In this document: positions 40,025 through 50,757 of the stretch, one piece after another | Numbering within the stretch: the first letter of the stretch is position 1 | Layout: each line of letters begins with the position of its first letter | Origin: Bradyrhizobium sp. | GTDB taxonomy: Bacteria > Pseudomonadota > Alphaproteobacteria > Rhizobiales > Xanthobacteraceae | Direction of reading: 5' to 3' | Length of the DNA stretch: 64,000 nucleotides | Assembly (NCBI RefSeq): GCF_035273305.1 | Contig: NZ_DATEPI010000104.1 | Coordinates: 4,979-68,978, forward strand | The notes under the pieces: generated by a model | The model's input: the letters and a program-made list of their open reading frames with translations, nothing else | Databases searched by the model: none | What the model was told of the DNA's origin: nothing | Translations under genes and position numbers: made by a program

Positions 40025-41596
40025 AAGCTGGCGCACCGCAAACAGGATAGCGATGAAGGTCGCGGCGATCACCCAAAGCGCCAGCGTACGCCACCGGCTC
40101 TTCCGGCCCTCGGTTCGTCCCATGGCCGCAATCGTTTCGGGCGCCAGTCTGAGACCCTCGCGGCTCATGGTCTCCATCTGCTCGATCACGGCAACCGAAC
40201 GCGCCGCAATGGTCGGCAGGCCGCTCATGACGCGGCCGAGTTCGCCGGCGCCGGACAGCGCGCCTTGAATGCGGCCGACCGGCCCGAGGTTGCGCTCGAT
40301 CCATTCGCGAACCACGGGATCGGCGATTTTCCAGATATCAAGTTTCGGGTCGAAGCTGCGGGCAACTCCCTCGACCACGACCATGGTCTTTTGCAACAGG
40401 ATCAATTCAGGCCGGGTGCGCATGTCGAACAGGCCCGTGACCTCGAGCAACAGCGTCAGCAACTTCGCCATTGAGATATCTTCGGCAGTGCGGTTGTGTA
40501 TCGGCTCGCCGATCGCGCGGATCGCCTGAGCAAAATTCTCGACCGAATGATGCCCCGGCACATAGCCGGCCTCGAAATGCACCTCCGCGACGCGCCGATA
40601 GTCCCGGGTGATGAACCCGAGAAGAATCTCTGCGAGGAAGCGCCGCTCCTTGCCGCCGAGTCGGCCCATAATGCCAAAATCCACCGCGACCAGGCGGCCG
40701 GCTTCATCAAGAAACAGATTGCCCGGATGCATATCGGCATGAAAAAAGCCGTCGCGCAAAGCATGGCGCAAGAAGCTCTGGATCACCTTGCGCCCGAGGT
40801 CCGGCAGATCCACGTTCGATTGTGCCAGGCGCGCATGGTCGCTGAGCGCGATGCCGTCGATCCACTCCATGGTCAGCACGTTGTGGGTAGTGCGATCCCA
40901 ATCGACGGCGGGCACGCGAAAGTCCGGGTCGTCGCGCGTATTCTCCGCCATTTCCGAAAGCGCCGCGGCTTCCAGCCGCAGATCCATCTCCATCGCAACC
41001 GAGCGCGACATGGTGTTGATGACTTCGACCAACCGAAGCCGGCGCGCCTCCGCCGAATAAGTTTCGGCGTTGTGCGCGACAAAGAAAAAGTCGCCGAGGT
41101 CGCGACGAAAGCGTGCGGCAACGTTGGGCCGAAGCACCTTGACCGCCACCGGTTTGCGCACGCCATCCTGCTCGGTTTCAGCGCGATGTACTTGCGCGAT
41201 CGAGGCCGCGGCCACGGCAGGACCAAGGCTTGCAAATGACAGGGCCAGCGGTCGCTCCAGCGACTGCGCGATGACGGCCTCGGCCTCGCTTTGCGAGAAC
41301 GGCGGCAGCCGGTCCTGCAAGCTTTCCAGATCGCGCGCCATCGCCACGCCGACCACATCGGGGCGCGTGGCTAGAAATTGGCCGAGCTTCAGATAGGCTG
41401 GCCCTAGCCGCGTCAATGCGCGCGACAGCCGCGGGCCGGATTTCGCGCCGGGACGCTCGATAATACGCGCCAGTCGCAGTGCCAATTGCCCGGGCGGAGG
41501 CACCAGTGACGGATCGACAACGCCGAACACGCCCTCGCGCGCGAATACGAAGCCGGCGCGGGCCAGCCGCGCGATGTGGGTCAACGCCGAGATCAC
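40022..41596 (-). CDS. ubiB: Ubiquinone biosynthesis kinase-like protein
   Basis: [47 protein letters not shown]. Confidence 0.96.
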   Translation of the reverse strand: MISALTHIARLARAGFVFAREGVFGVVDPSLVPPPGQLALRLARIIERPGAKSGPRLSRALTRLGPAYLKLGQFLATRPDVVGVAMARDLESLQDRLPPFSQSEAEAVIAQSLERPLALSFASLGPAVAAASIAQVHRAETEQDGVRKPVAVKVLRPNVAARFRRDLGDFFFVAHNAETYSAEARRLRLVEVINTMSRSVAMEMDLRLEAAALSEMAENTRDDPDFRVPAVDWDRTTHNVLTMEWIDGIALSDHARLAQSNVDLPDLGRKVIQSFLRHALRDGFFHADMHPGNLFLDEAGRLVAVDFGIMGRLGGKERRFLAEILLGFITRDYRRVAEVHFEAGYVPGHHSVENFAQAIRAIGEPIHNRTAEDISMAKLLTLLLEVTGLFDMRTRPELILLQKTMVVVEGVARSFDPKLDIWKIADPVVREWIERNLGPVGRIQGALSGAGELGRVMSGLPTIAARSVAVIEQMETMSREGLRLAPETIAAMGRTEGRKSRWRTLALWVIAATFIAILFAVRQL

Positions 41597-42357
41597 AAAC
41601 GCCAGCCCGAATGCAAAGCCACAATGCCGCCGCTGAGCCTTTGCCAGCTGACACGGGAAAGGCCCGCTGACCGAATGATCTCGGCGAAGGCGTTCGGCTT
41701 GGGAAACTTGCGGATGGATTCCACAAGATAGCGATAGGATTCGGCATCTCCGGTGACCGCGCGGCCGAGCGGCGGGATCACCTTGAACGAAAACAGATCG
41801 TAGATCCGTTCGAGCCCGGGCACGTCGACAGTGGAGAACTCAAGGCAGAGAAATCTGCCGCCGGGTCTGAGAACCCGAAACGCTTCTCTCAGGGCGAGAT
41901 CGATGCGCGGGACGTTGCGAATCCCGAACGCGATCGTGTAGGCGTCAAAACTTCGATCGGGAAAAGGAAGGGCCTCCGCATTGCCTTCGACGAACGAGAC
42001 CCGCTCGGCCGCGTGCCGTGCAGCGGCGCGCTCACGGCCGACATTCAGCATATCGCAATTGATATCGCATACGGTTGCGCGAAACCCAGCTCCAGCATCC
42101 TTCGCGGCGCGGAATGCAATGTCACCGGTACCACCGGCGGCATCGAGAAGTGCAAATGACTGGTCCCCACGTGGCGGATTCAGCGCGGTAATCATTGCCT
42201 GTTTCCAGAGGCGATGCATGCCTGCCGACATCAGATCGTTCATCAGGTCGTAACGCTGCGCCACGCTGTGGAATACGTCGTTCACCAGCGTCTGCTTGTC
42301 GCCTGACGGGACGTCCCTGAAGCCGAAATGCGTGGTGTTGGCAGGCTGATCTATCAC
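41593..42357 (-). CDS. ubiE: Ubiquinone/menaquinone C-methyltransferase
   Basis: [47 protein letters not shown]; probable GTG start 42357 after GAGGG. Confidence 0.96.
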   Translation of the reverse strand: MIDQPANTTHFGFRDVPSGDKQTLVNDVFHSVAQRYDLMNDLMSAGMHRLWKQAMITALNPPRGDQSFALLDAAGGTGDIAFRAAKDAGAGFRATVCDINCDMLNVGRERAAARHAAERVSFVEGNAEALPFPDRSFDAYTIAFGIRNVPRIDLALREAFRVLRPGGRFLCLEFSTVDVPGLERIYDLFSFKVIPPLGRAVTGDAESYRYLVESIRKFPKPNAFAEIIRSAGLSRVSWQRLSGGIVALHSGWRL

Positions 42358-42446
42358 TTTACGCCCTCGAACTGGCAGCTTCCGGACCATAGCGCGCCCG
42401 CCGCAATGTCGCTATCACGTCAGCACCACAAGGTGAACGCCCATCC

Positions 42447-43352
42447 ATGCCTGAATTACCCGAAGTCGAAACCGTCCGCCGCGGGCTGCAGCCAGTGATG
42501 GAGGGTTACCGGATTGTAAAAATGGAAGTCAGGCGCAAGGACCTGCGCTTTCCATTTCAGCGGGATTTTGCATCGCGGCTTACCCGGCAGACCGTGACCG
42601 GGCTCGGCCGGCGCGCGAAGTATCTCCTGGCGGACCTTTCCTCCGGCGACGTACTCCTGATGCATTTGGGCATGTCGGGCTCGTTTCGCGTCATGAAGGA
42701 TGAGGAGGAAAAAACTCCAGGCCAATTTCACCACGTTCGAAACGCGGATCGCGCGCACGATCATGTGGTGTTCCACATGTCATCAGGTGCTTCTGTCGTG
42801 TTCAACGATCCGCGCCGGTTCGGCTACATGAAGATCATCGCGCGTCGGGCACTCGATCAGGAGCCGCTGCTCAGCGAGCTCGGCCCCGAGCCGCTCGGAA
42901 ATGAATTTGACGCGACTATGCTGGCGCGCTCATGCGCCAACAAAAAGACCAGCTTGAAAGCGGCGCTTCTCGATCAGCGCGTGGTCGCGGGTCTCGGCAA
43001 CATCTACGTCTGCGAAGCACTGTATCGCGCGCATCTGTCGCCGCGTAGGCTGGCCGCCACGCTCGCGACGAAGGCCAGACAACGGAACGGTATTCCGGGC
43101 GGCGAACCCACCGATCACGCCAAGCGTTTGGTTGCGGCGATTCACGCGGTGCTGAATCAGGCGATCAAAGCCGGGGGCTCGTCATTGCGCGATCATCGCC
43201 AGACCTCGGGCGAACTCGGGTATTTCCAGCACTCATTTCAGGTCTATGACCGCGAAGGTGAGAAATGCCAGACCGCTGGCTGCGACGGCATCGTGAAACG
43301 ATTCGCCCAGAACGGACGCTCGACGTTCTGGTGTCCGAAGTGTCAGAAGTAG
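42447..43352 (+). CDS. mutM: Formamidopyrimidine-DNA glycosylase
   Basis: N-terminal [22 protein letters not shown]-terminal zinc finger (C...C; WCPKCQ). Confidence 0.98.
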   Translation: MPELPEVETVRRGLQPVMEGYRIVKMEVRRKDLRFPFQRDFASRLTRQTVTGLGRRAKYLLADLSSGDVLLMHLGMSGSFRVMKDEEEKTPGQFHHVRNADRAHDHVVFHMSSGASVVFNDPRRFGYMKIIARRALDQEPLLSELGPEPLGNEFDATMLARSCANKKTSLKAALLDQRVVAGLGNIYVCEALYRAHLSPRRLAATLATKARQRNGIPGGEPTDHAKRLVAAIHAVLNQAIKAGGSSLRDHRQTSGELGYFQHSFQVYDREGEKCQTAGCDGIVKRFAQNGRSTFWCPKCQK

Positions 43353-43371
43353 GCTGAACAAAGGAGGGCCG

Positions 43372-45051
43372 ATGCCCCGGAATTGGCGAGACCGCGCTGC
43401 TGCCGTTTTCGAGTGCCAGAAGAGCCCGGCATCGGGCAGCCGCGGCATGGTAGTCAGTAATCATCCGCTCGCCTCGGCCGCGGGCGCGGAGATGCTGGCG
43501 GCTGGCGGCAACGCCATTGATGCCGCCATCGCCACACTGTTCACGCTGACCGTGGTCGAGCCGATGATGGTCGGCATCATCGGCGGCGGCATGGCGCATA
43601 TCCGCCTCAGCGATGGCAGCCATCGCTTTATCGACGGACAGAGTACAGTTCCGCTTGCGGTCCAGCCTGATACGTATCGTCCCAAGCCGGGTTCGGCGCC
43701 TGAGGTGTTCGACACAGTCAATGACGAAAATCTCAGTGGGCCGAAAGCAGTCGCTGTGCCCGGATCGCTGAAGGCCTGGTGCGAGACGCTGAGCAGATAC
43801 GGAACGATGTCGCTGGCCGATGTCATGCAGCCGGCGATCAAGCATGCGTCGCGCGGCTTTGCGGCCACGCCGTACCTTCACGAATGCATCGTCGACTCGG
43901 CCAGCGAAATGTCAAAAGACAAGCCGATCTCTGCGGTCTATCTACCGAACGGATCGCCGCTCAAGCCCGGCGAGCGCGTGCTGCAATCGGAATATGCGGA
44001 GACGCTGACGTACATATCGCGTCAAGGCGAGGCGGCGCTGTATCGGGGAGCTCTGGGCGATGTTTTGGTCGATTACATGAAGGCGCATGGCGGTTTCATC
44101 AGCCGTGAAGATCTCAGGGCATACAAGACAGTTGAGCGATTGCCGATCCGGGGCGATTACCGCGGCTGGGAGATACTCGGCCCGCCTCCGCCCGCCGCCT
44201 CCGGCGTTCACATCGTCCAGATGCTGAATATTCTCGAAGGCTACGACATTGCCGCGAAAGGTTTCGGCAGCGCCGAGACCATCCATTTGCTGGCCGAAGT
44301 TCTGAAGATTGCCTTTGCAGATCGAGCGGTCGCGAGCGGTGATCCTGAGTTCGTCGCGGTTCCGGTCGAGCGGCTCACCTCAAAGGATTATGCCAGAGAG
44401 CGCCGCGATGCGATCGTTGCTAACAAGGCCAATCGCTGGGGCGCGGGCGTCTCGCAACTTGAAAGCGCTCACACCACGCACATGACGGCCGCTGATGCGA
44501 TGGGCAATGTGGTCGCGACCACACAGACCATCAACAACCTGTTTGGCGCGAAGTTCATGATACCCGGCCTTGGCGTTGTGCCGAACAACTACATTAACCT
44601 GTACGACCCACGGCCTGGTCATGCGCTGTCGCTCGCTCCCGGGAAGCGCGTCACTACTTCGATGTCGCCGATGATGGCGCTGCGCGGCGGCAAGCTGGTT
44701 TATGCGCTGGGCCTACCCGGCGGAAAGCGTATCTTTCCAAGCGCGCTGCAGGCACTGATCAATCTGATCGATCACGGCATGAGCCTGCAGGAAGCGGTCG
44801 AGGCGCCACGGGTCTGGACCGAGGGCAATGCGCTCGAGGTTGAACCGGCCGTTCCGGATCGCATTCGCGACGAACTGCGGTCAATGGGTCACGAGGTGCA
44901 AGCCGTAGCGACGGTTGCCGGCGGCATGAATGGGATTCAATTTCACGGCGATGGCATGCTGACCGGCGCGGGCTGCTGGCGCGCTGATGGCACGCCCATA
45001 GGCTTGGCCGGAGGGCTGGCCAGATCAGGCGTTCGCTTTGCGTTGGCATGA
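43372..45051 (+). CDS. ggt: Gamma-glutamyltransferase-family Ntn hydrolase
   Basis: GGNAIDAAIA, AVPG, GPPPPASG, autocleavage site HTTH, LPGG; no evident signal peptide. Confidence 0.88.
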   Translation: MPRNWRDRAAAVFECQKSPASGSRGMVVSNHPLASAAGAEMLAAGGNAIDAAIATLFTLTVVEPMMVGIIGGGMAHIRLSDGSHRFIDGQSTVPLAVQPDTYRPKPGSAPEVFDTVNDENLSGPKAVAVPGSLKAWCETLSRYGTMSLADVMQPAIKHASRGFAATPYLHECIVDSASEMSKDKPISAVYLPNGSPLKPGERVLQSEYAETLTYISRQGEAALYRGALGDVLVDYMKAHGGFISREDLRAYKTVERLPIRGDYRGWEILGPPPPAASGVHIVQMLNILEGYDIAAKGFGSAETIHLLAEVLKIAFADRAVASGDPEFVAVPVERLTSKDYARERRDAIVANKANRWGAGVSQLESAHTTHMTAADAMGNVVATTQTINNLFGAKFMIPGLGVVPNNYINLYDPRPGHALSLAPGKRVTTSMSPMMALRGGKLVYALGLPGGKRIFPSALQALINLIDHGMSLQEAVEAPRVWTEGNALEVEPAVPDRIRDELRSMGHEVQAVATVAGGMNGIQFHGDGMLTGAGCWRADGTPIGLAGGLARSGVRFALA

Positions 45052-45210
45052 GGCGAGGGCCTAAACTGGGGTCGGCATCGATTGTGAAGGCGCAGGGAGC
45101 GTTGAAGTTCGGCCAACGAAGCACATCTGCGTGTGGCGCTCCGGTTGAAGAAACAGCACCATTATCGCACGATGCTATAGTCGTCAGCGCGGGAGAGGAT
45201 CGACCCGATC

Positions 45211-46011
45211 ATGTTAAGTGCCGACGAGCTCGAACGATACGCCCGGCATATTGTGCTGCGCGAAGTCGGCGGCCCCGGTCAGGCCGCGTTGAAGGACGCT
45301 TCCGTGCTGGTAATCGGCGCGGGCGGCCTCGGCGCGCCGGCGCTGATGTATCTTGCCGCAGCCGGTGTCGGTGCACTTGGCGTCGTTGATGACGATGTCG
45401 TGTCGCTATCCAATCTTCAAAGACAAATCATTCACACGACGCCGGACATCGGCCGCCGCAAAGTGGACACTGCGGCGGAGCGAATTCACGCGCTGAACCC
45501 TCATGTGCAGTTTGCGGCGCACGCGACGCGGCTCAGCGCCGGCAATGCGATGACGCTGATCGGCGGTTATGATCTTGTGCTCGACGGATCAGATAATTTC
45601 GAAACGCGCTATCTGGTATCCGATGCGTGCTTCCTCGCTGCGAAGCCGCTGATCACCGCAGCGCTTGGGATGTTCGATGGTTCGCTGACCACGATCCGCG
45701 CTCACGAAAAAAACGCCGAGGGCCAGTTCAACCCAACCTATCGGTGCCTTTTCCCCGAACCTCCGCCAGCTGGCACGATTCCGACTTGTGCCGAAGCGGG
45801 AGTTATGGGCGCTCTCGCCGGCGTCCTGGGCTCAATGATGGCGCTGGAAGCGATCCGCGAAATCGTCGGCTTTGGTGAGGGACTGGTCGGGCGATTATTG
45901 ATGGTGGATGCGCGTGCGATGCGGTTCGAGACCCTGCGATACGCGCGCGATCCGCTCAACCCATTGAACGGCGATGCCCTGATCATTACTGACCTCAGCG
46001 GACACGCTTAA
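45211..46011 (+). CDS. moeB: HesA/MoeB/ThiF-family adenylyltransferase
   Basis: ERYARHIVL, GAGGLG, DDDVVSLSNLQRQ, DGSDNFETRY, TCAEAGV. Confidence 0.88.
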   Translation: MLSADELERYARHIVLREVGGPGQAALKDASVLVIGAGGLGAPALMYLAAAGVGALGVVDDDVVSLSNLQRQIIHTTPDIGRRKVDTAAERIHALNPHVQFAAHATRLSAGNAMTLIGGYDLVLDGSDNFETRYLVSDACFLAAKPLITAALGMFDGSLTTIRAHEKNAEGQFNPTYRCLFPEPPPAGTIPTCAEAGVMGALAGVLGSMMALEAIREIVGFGEGLVGRLLMVDARAMRFETLRYARDPLNPLNGDALIITDLSGHA

Positions 46012-46025
46012 AGCCCGCTAAAATC

Positions 46026-47027
46026 CTAAAGCATGCTCGGCAGCACGCGATCCGGCGGCTTGTGATTGTCGAGGAAGGTTCGGATGTTGATGATCACCTT
46101 CTCGCCCATCTCGACACGGCCTTCGATGGTCGCCGAACCCATATGGGGCAGCAAAGTCACCTTGCCGGCCTTTGCGAGCCGCACCAGTTTCGGATTGACC
46201 GCAGGTTCGTGCTCGTAAACGTCGAGACCGGCGCCGGCGATCTCACCGGTTTCGATCAGCTTGGTCAGCGTTTCCTCGTCGATGACTTCGCCGCGCGCGG
46301 TGTTCACGATGTAGGCGTCCTTGCGGATCAGCTTCAAACGCCGTGCGGACACCAGATGGAAAGTTGCCGGGGTGTGCGGACAGTTCACCGAGATGATGTC
46401 CATCCGCGCCAGCATCTGATCGAGGCTCTCCCAGTAGGTCGCGCCTAGTTCATCGGCGATGCGGGGCGCCACCGGGCGTCGGTTGTGGTAATGAATTTGC
46501 AAGCCAAAGGCTCGCGCCCGGCGCGCGACCGCTTGGCCGATACGGCCCATGCCGATGATGCCGAGTCGTTTTCCGCCTATGCGATGACCGAGCATCCAGG
46601 TTGGCGACCAGCCCGGCCAGTTCTTGCCTTCGGTCAGGATCGAAGCGCCTTCGATCAGCCGGCGGGGCACCGCCAATATCAACGCCATCGTCATGTCGGC
46701 GGTATCTTCGGTCAGAACTTTCGGCGTGTTGGTCACGGTGATACCGCGCGCGTGCGCCGCCGCGACATCGATGTTGTCGACGCCGTTGCCGAAATTGGCA
46801 ATCAGCCGCAGCTTGCACTCGGGCTGTTTGAGCAGCTCCTCGGTGATTTCGTCAGTGACAGTTGGGACCAAGACATCGGCGGAGCGAACCGCGTGTGTAA
46901 TCTGCTCCGTGGTCAATGGCGTGTCATCGAGATTGAGGCGCGCATCGAACAGTTCGCGCATCCGGGTCTCGATCGAGTCCGGCAGCTTGCGCGTGACGAC
47001 AACGAGAGGCTTTTTCTTAACCGACAT
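46026..47027 (-). CDS. D-glycerate/glyoxylate reductase (D-2-hydroxyacid dehydrogenase)
   Basis: GNGVDNID, TNTP.VLTEDTAD, GIIGMGRIG, NTARGEV, GLDVYEHEP, LPHMGSAT. Confidence 0.9.
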   Translation of the reverse strand: MSVKKKPLVVVTRKLPDSIETRMRELFDARLNLDDTPLTTEQITHAVRSADVLVPTVTDEITEELLKQPECKLRLIANFGNGVDNIDVAAAHARGITVTNTPKVLTEDTADMTMALILAVPRRLIEGASILTEGKNWPGWSPTWMLGHRIGGKRLGIIGMGRIGQAVARRARAFGLQIHYHNRRPVAPRIADELGATYWESLDQMLARMDIISVNCPHTPATFHLVSARRLKLIRKDAYIVNTARGEVIDEETLTKLIETGEIAGAGLDVYEHEPAVNPKLVRLAKAGKVTLLPHMGSATIEGRVEMGEKVIINIRTFLDNHKPPDRVLPSML

Positions 47028-47328
47028 ACCTTGCTCTCGTAAGGTCGTTCAGACCTCATTAACCCGGTTGTTCGACACTGCCGCTACCGCGCCGCGCCGG
47101 CGTTTCCTGGGTTCCCCGCTCGTTCCCTTCGAATTTCAAAAGGGAGCATCGGGCTTGGTTGTTTCCCTGTTCTGCCCTCTCTAGCAGAAGGCCGCGCCAA
47201 GACAAGAACCCCGGCAAAGAGCTACGGCGCCACAAGCCGAGAGGCATTCCAGGCGTGGTATGGGGGTTTGGGCGTTGGCGAGGATTTCAGCTCGAGGGAG
47301 TTGAGCTGTTCTCGCGGGAGACGAGTGG

Positions 47329-47856
47329 ATGGCGTTGCGGCGTTTTTGTTTTCTGGTGGGGCTTGCGGGTAGCATACTGGGCGCGTCGGTCAGCTCAGGA
47401 TTTTCGGCAAAGGATTCGGCCGCCACATCGAGCGGCTTGCCGGTGCCGCGCTATGTCAGTCTCAAATCCGATCATGTGAATGTCAGGGCCGGACCAACCA
47501 AGGACAATGACGTTGCCTGGGTTTACACGCGCTCTGGCCTCCCCGTCGAGATCACGGCGGAATTCGAGAACTGGCGCCGAGTGCGGGATTCGGAGGGTTC
47601 GGAGGGCTGGGTCTATCACTCACTGCTTTCGGGACGTCGCACGGCGGTGATCACGATGAAGAGCAAGGGCGACCTCGCGGCGCTGTATGAGCGCGCCGAT
47701 CCCGGTAGCGCCGTCGCGGCCCGCCTGCAGGCTGGCGTCGTCGCCCAAGTCAAGCGCTGCTCCGCAGGTTGGTGCCACATCACCGGTAACGGTTTCGATG
47801 GATGGATTGAGCAACAGCGGTTGTGGGGTGTGTACGCCGATGAAAAGGTGGATTGA
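47329..47856 (+). CDS. Secreted tandem SH3-domain protein
   Basis: Signal peptide; PRYVSLK...VNVRAGP...WRRVRDSEGSEGWV; second repeat GWCHI...GWIEQQRLWG. Confidence 0.8.
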   Translation: MALRRFCFLVGLAGSILGASVSSGFSAKDSAATSSGLPVPRYVSLKSDHVNVRAGPTKDNDVAWVYTRSGLPVEITAEFENWRRVRDSEGSEGWVYHSLLSGRRTAVITMKSKGDLAALYERADPGSAVAARLQAGVVAQVKRCSAGWCHITGNGFDGWIEQQRLWGVYADEKVD

Positions 47857-47984
47857 CCTTCCAGCCGGCGGCCGATAACCAGCTTTTTGGACCGCAACCA
47901 CTGCGCAGCAACCCGCGATCCTAGCCGCGCTGCCAAAACAGGCGCGGCCGTCCAATTATCATGTCGCTGGTTGCGGTGAGGGGT

Positions 47985-48470
47985 CTAGCGCTTCTTGCGC
48001 AGCCGCACGACCATGTCGACGCGGGCGATTTCATAGCCCTCGGGCACTTCCGGCATCTTTTGCAGCACCAGATGCGGGTCGGGAATGTCGACGAGCTCGT
48101 GTTTGTGCTCGAGATAGAAGTGATGGTGCGCCGAGACGTTGGTATCGAAATAGGTCTTGGTGCCATCGACGCTGACCTGGCGAAGCAAGCCTGCATCGGT
48201 CAGTTGGTTGAGCGTGTTGTAGACCGTGGCGAGCGAGACCGGAACCTTGGCCAGCGTCGCCTCCTCGTAGAGCATCTCCGCCGTAAGGTGGCGCGCGCCC
48301 TTGCCGAACAGGAGCCAGCCCAATGCCATGCGCTGGCGGGTCGGACGTAGGCCGGCCGCCTGCAACATTTCGTTCACATCGTGCCAAGGACAGCCGGTCA
48401 ACGCCGGTTGCCGTCCGGCGTCGCGGGGAGCGGCAGCGTCATCGTTCAAAATCGAGGCGTCGAAACTCAT
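47985..48470 (-). CDS. irr: Iron response regulator (Fur family)
   Basis: Heme regulatory motif GCPWHD, LRPTRQR, SLATVYNTL, HHH cluster; start 48470 or 48485. Confidence 0.93.
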   Translation of the reverse strand: MSFDASILNDDAAAPRDAGRQPALTGCPWHDVNEMLQAAGLRPTRQRMALGWLLFGKGARHLTAEMLYEEATLAKVPVSLATVYNTLNQLTDAGLLRQVSVDGTKTYFDTNVSAHHHFYLEHKHELVDIPDPHLVLQKMPEVPEGYEIARVDMVVRLRKKR

Positions 48471-48516
48471 TTCTACGTCGGGCACCGCGGTCCCTCATTG
48501 TGCACTATCATAGTGG

Positions 48517-48555
48517 AATATAAGGAGGAAAGCCGTCAGATGCAAGTTTTTCGCA
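48517..48555 (-). promoter_or_regulatory. irr promoter with overlapping Mur/Fur-like box
   Basis: TTGCAT-N17-TATATT (48545-48517) and palindrome TGCGA-AAAAC-TTGCA (48555-48541) over the -35. Confidence 0.55.
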
Positions 48556-48828
48556 ACTAGAGCGGCTGCAGGAAGAAATGATGCGCGGCGCCCCGGGCCG
48601 CCTCTGATAGGCTGCGTTTTGCTCGCTGATGCTTTGCCGGCTGAGGGACCCTGTGATAGAGAGCGCGCGGACTTGGCTTTGCAGCTTCAGCAAAGCGAGA
48701 GGCGGTAGCCGCAGGGCATCCTGACTGCGGTAAGCGCGCCGGCTGTGCACAATCGGCGCACTTGCCATGCGAAACGGGTCCATTTCGCTCAAGAACGCTC
48801 CATCGGGAAATGAGAGAGGCCAAGCGAT

Positions 48829-49359
48829 ATGCTGGATCGGCGCGGCGGCTATGAATACGAGGATCTGCTGGCTTGCGGGCGCGGGGAAATGTTTGGCCCG
48901 GGCAACGCGCAATTGCCGTTGCCTCCGATGCTGATGTTCGACCGCATCAGCGAAATCAGCGAGACCGGTGGCGAATACGGCAAGGGCGTGGTTCGGGCCG
49001 AACTCGATGTGAAGCCGGACCTGTGGTTTTTCGGCTGTCATTTCAAGAACGATCCGGTGATGCCGGGTTGTCTCGGACTCGACGCGCTCTGGCAAATGAT
49101 CGGCTTCTATCTCGGCTGGACGGGTGGCGAAGGGCGCGGGCGGGCGCTTGGACTTGGCGAGTTGAAGCTCGCCGGCCAGGTGATGCCGAACGTCCGCAAG
49201 ATTGTATACAACGTCGACATCAAACGGGTCATGCGCCTAAAGCTCTGGCTAGGTATCGCCGACGGCTGGCTTTCGGCCGATGGCGAGATTATCTATCGCG
49301 CCAAGGATTTGAGAGTGGGACTCCTGAAACAGGGTGCCGCATTGCAATCGGAAACATAG
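48829..49359 (+). CDS. fabA: 3-hydroxyacyl-ACP dehydratase/isomerase
   Basis: [31 protein letters not shown]. Confidence 0.96.
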   Translation: MLDRRGGYEYEDLLACGRGEMFGPGNAQLPLPPMLMFDRISEISETGGEYGKGVVRAELDVKPDLWFFGCHFKNDPVMPGCLGLDALWQMIGFYLGWTGGEGRGRALGLGELKLAGQVMPNVRKIVYNVDIKRVMRLKLWLGIADGWLSADGEIIYRAKDLRVGLLKQGAALQSET

Positions 49360-49437
49360 CCTCACGCCTCCGCCGCGAGGCGGCTTTGGGATGAATATGG
49401 CCATCACACAAACAGCGAACGAGAGGACGAGGCGATC

Positions 49438-50661
49438 ATGAGGCGGGTTGTGATCACGGGGATGGGCATCGTCTCATCGATCGGTAACAACACCCAGGAA
49501 GTGCTTGCGAGCCTTCATGAGGCAAAGTCCGGAATAAGGCGCGCCGAAAAATACGCCGAGTTGGGCTTCCGCTCACAGGTGCAGGGTGCTCCGACCGTCG
49601 ATCCCGCCGCCGTCATAGACCGACGCGCGATGCGCTTCCTGGGCGAAGGCGCCGCATGGAATCACATTGCCATGGAACAGGCGATCCAGGACTCCGGTCT
49701 GGAGCCGAGCGACGTTTCCAATATCCGCACCGGGATCATCATGGGTTCAGGCGGCCCTTCGGCACGCACGATTGTGGAAGCGGCCGATACCACGCGTGCC
49801 AAGGGGCCGAAGCGGGTCGGCCCGTTCGCGGTGCCGAAGGCGATGTCCTCGACTGCGTCCGCCACGCTCGCTACCTGGTTCAAGATCAAGGGCGTGAACT
49901 ACTCGATATCTTCGGCCTGTGCCACTTCCAATCATTGCATCGGCAACGCTTACGAGACCATTCAGATCGGCAAGCAGGACGTCATTTTCGCGGGTGGCTG
50001 CGAGGAACTCGACTGGTCGCTCTCGGTGCTGTTCGACGCGATGGGCGCGATGTCCTCGAAATACAACGACACGCCCGCGACTGCTTCGCGTCCTTACGAC
50101 ATCAGCCGCGATGGCTTTGTCATTGCTGGCGGCGCGGGTGTGGTGGTGTTGGAAGAACTCGAGCATGCCAAGGCGCGCGGTGCGCGCATCTACGGCGAAA
50201 TCGTCGGATATGGAGCTACCTCCGACGGTTACGACATGGTTGCGCCATCGGGCGAGGGCGCCGAGCGCTGCATGAAGATGGCGCTGGCGACGGTCGATTC
50301 CAAAATTGACTACATCAATCCGCATGCGACCTCTACGCCGGCGGGTGATCCGCCCGAGATCGAAGCGATCCGAAAAGTATTCGGCACCGGCGACAAGTGC
50401 CCGCCGATATCGGCTACCAAGGCGCTCACCGGCCATTCGCTCGGTGCGACCGGTGTACAGGAAGCCATTTATTCGCTGCTGATGATGCAAAATGGCTTTA
50501 TCTGTGAGAGCGCCCACATCACCGAGCTCGATCCTGCATTCGCGGACATGCCCATCGTGCGGAAACGCATCGACAACGCGAAACTCGGAACTGTGCTTTC
50601 GAATTCCTTCGGCTTCGGCGGCACCAATGCCACGCTGGTGTTCAAGCGCATGGATGCCTGA
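49438..50661 (+). CDS. fabB: Beta-ketoacyl-ACP synthase I
   Basis: SSACATSNH (Cys), [26 protein letters not shown]. Confidence 0.95.
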   Translation: MRRVVITGMGIVSSIGNNTQEVLASLHEAKSGIRRAEKYAELGFRSQVQGAPTVDPAAVIDRRAMRFLGEGAAWNHIAMEQAIQDSGLEPSDVSNIRTGIIMGSGGPSARTIVEAADTTRAKGPKRVGPFAVPKAMSSTASATLATWFKIKGVNYSISSACATSNHCIGNAYETIQIGKQDVIFAGGCEELDWSLSVLFDAMGAMSSKYNDTPATASRPYDISRDGFVIAGGAGVVVLEELEHAKARGARIYGEIVGYGATSDGYDMVAPSGEGAERCMKMALATVDSKIDYINPHATSTPAGDPPEIEAIRKVFGTGDKCPPISATKALTGHSLGATGVQEAIYSLLMMQNGFICESAHITELDPAFADMPIVRKRIDNAKLGTVLSNSFGFGGTNATLVFKRMDA

Positions 50662-50757
50662 CATCGCCGATTCATAATCCAGGAAGCAACCAATACGCCG
50701 TTAGCTCATCCGCTTGCGTGAGCCACGGCACGGGAAGTGAGTGGGGCAGGGGGAGCG

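Noticed and set aside
42352-42354. ubiE as a pseudogene (ATA where orthologs may have ATG)
   Set aside because: An in-frame GTG one codon upstream follows a GAGGG SD, and the ORF is otherwise intact.
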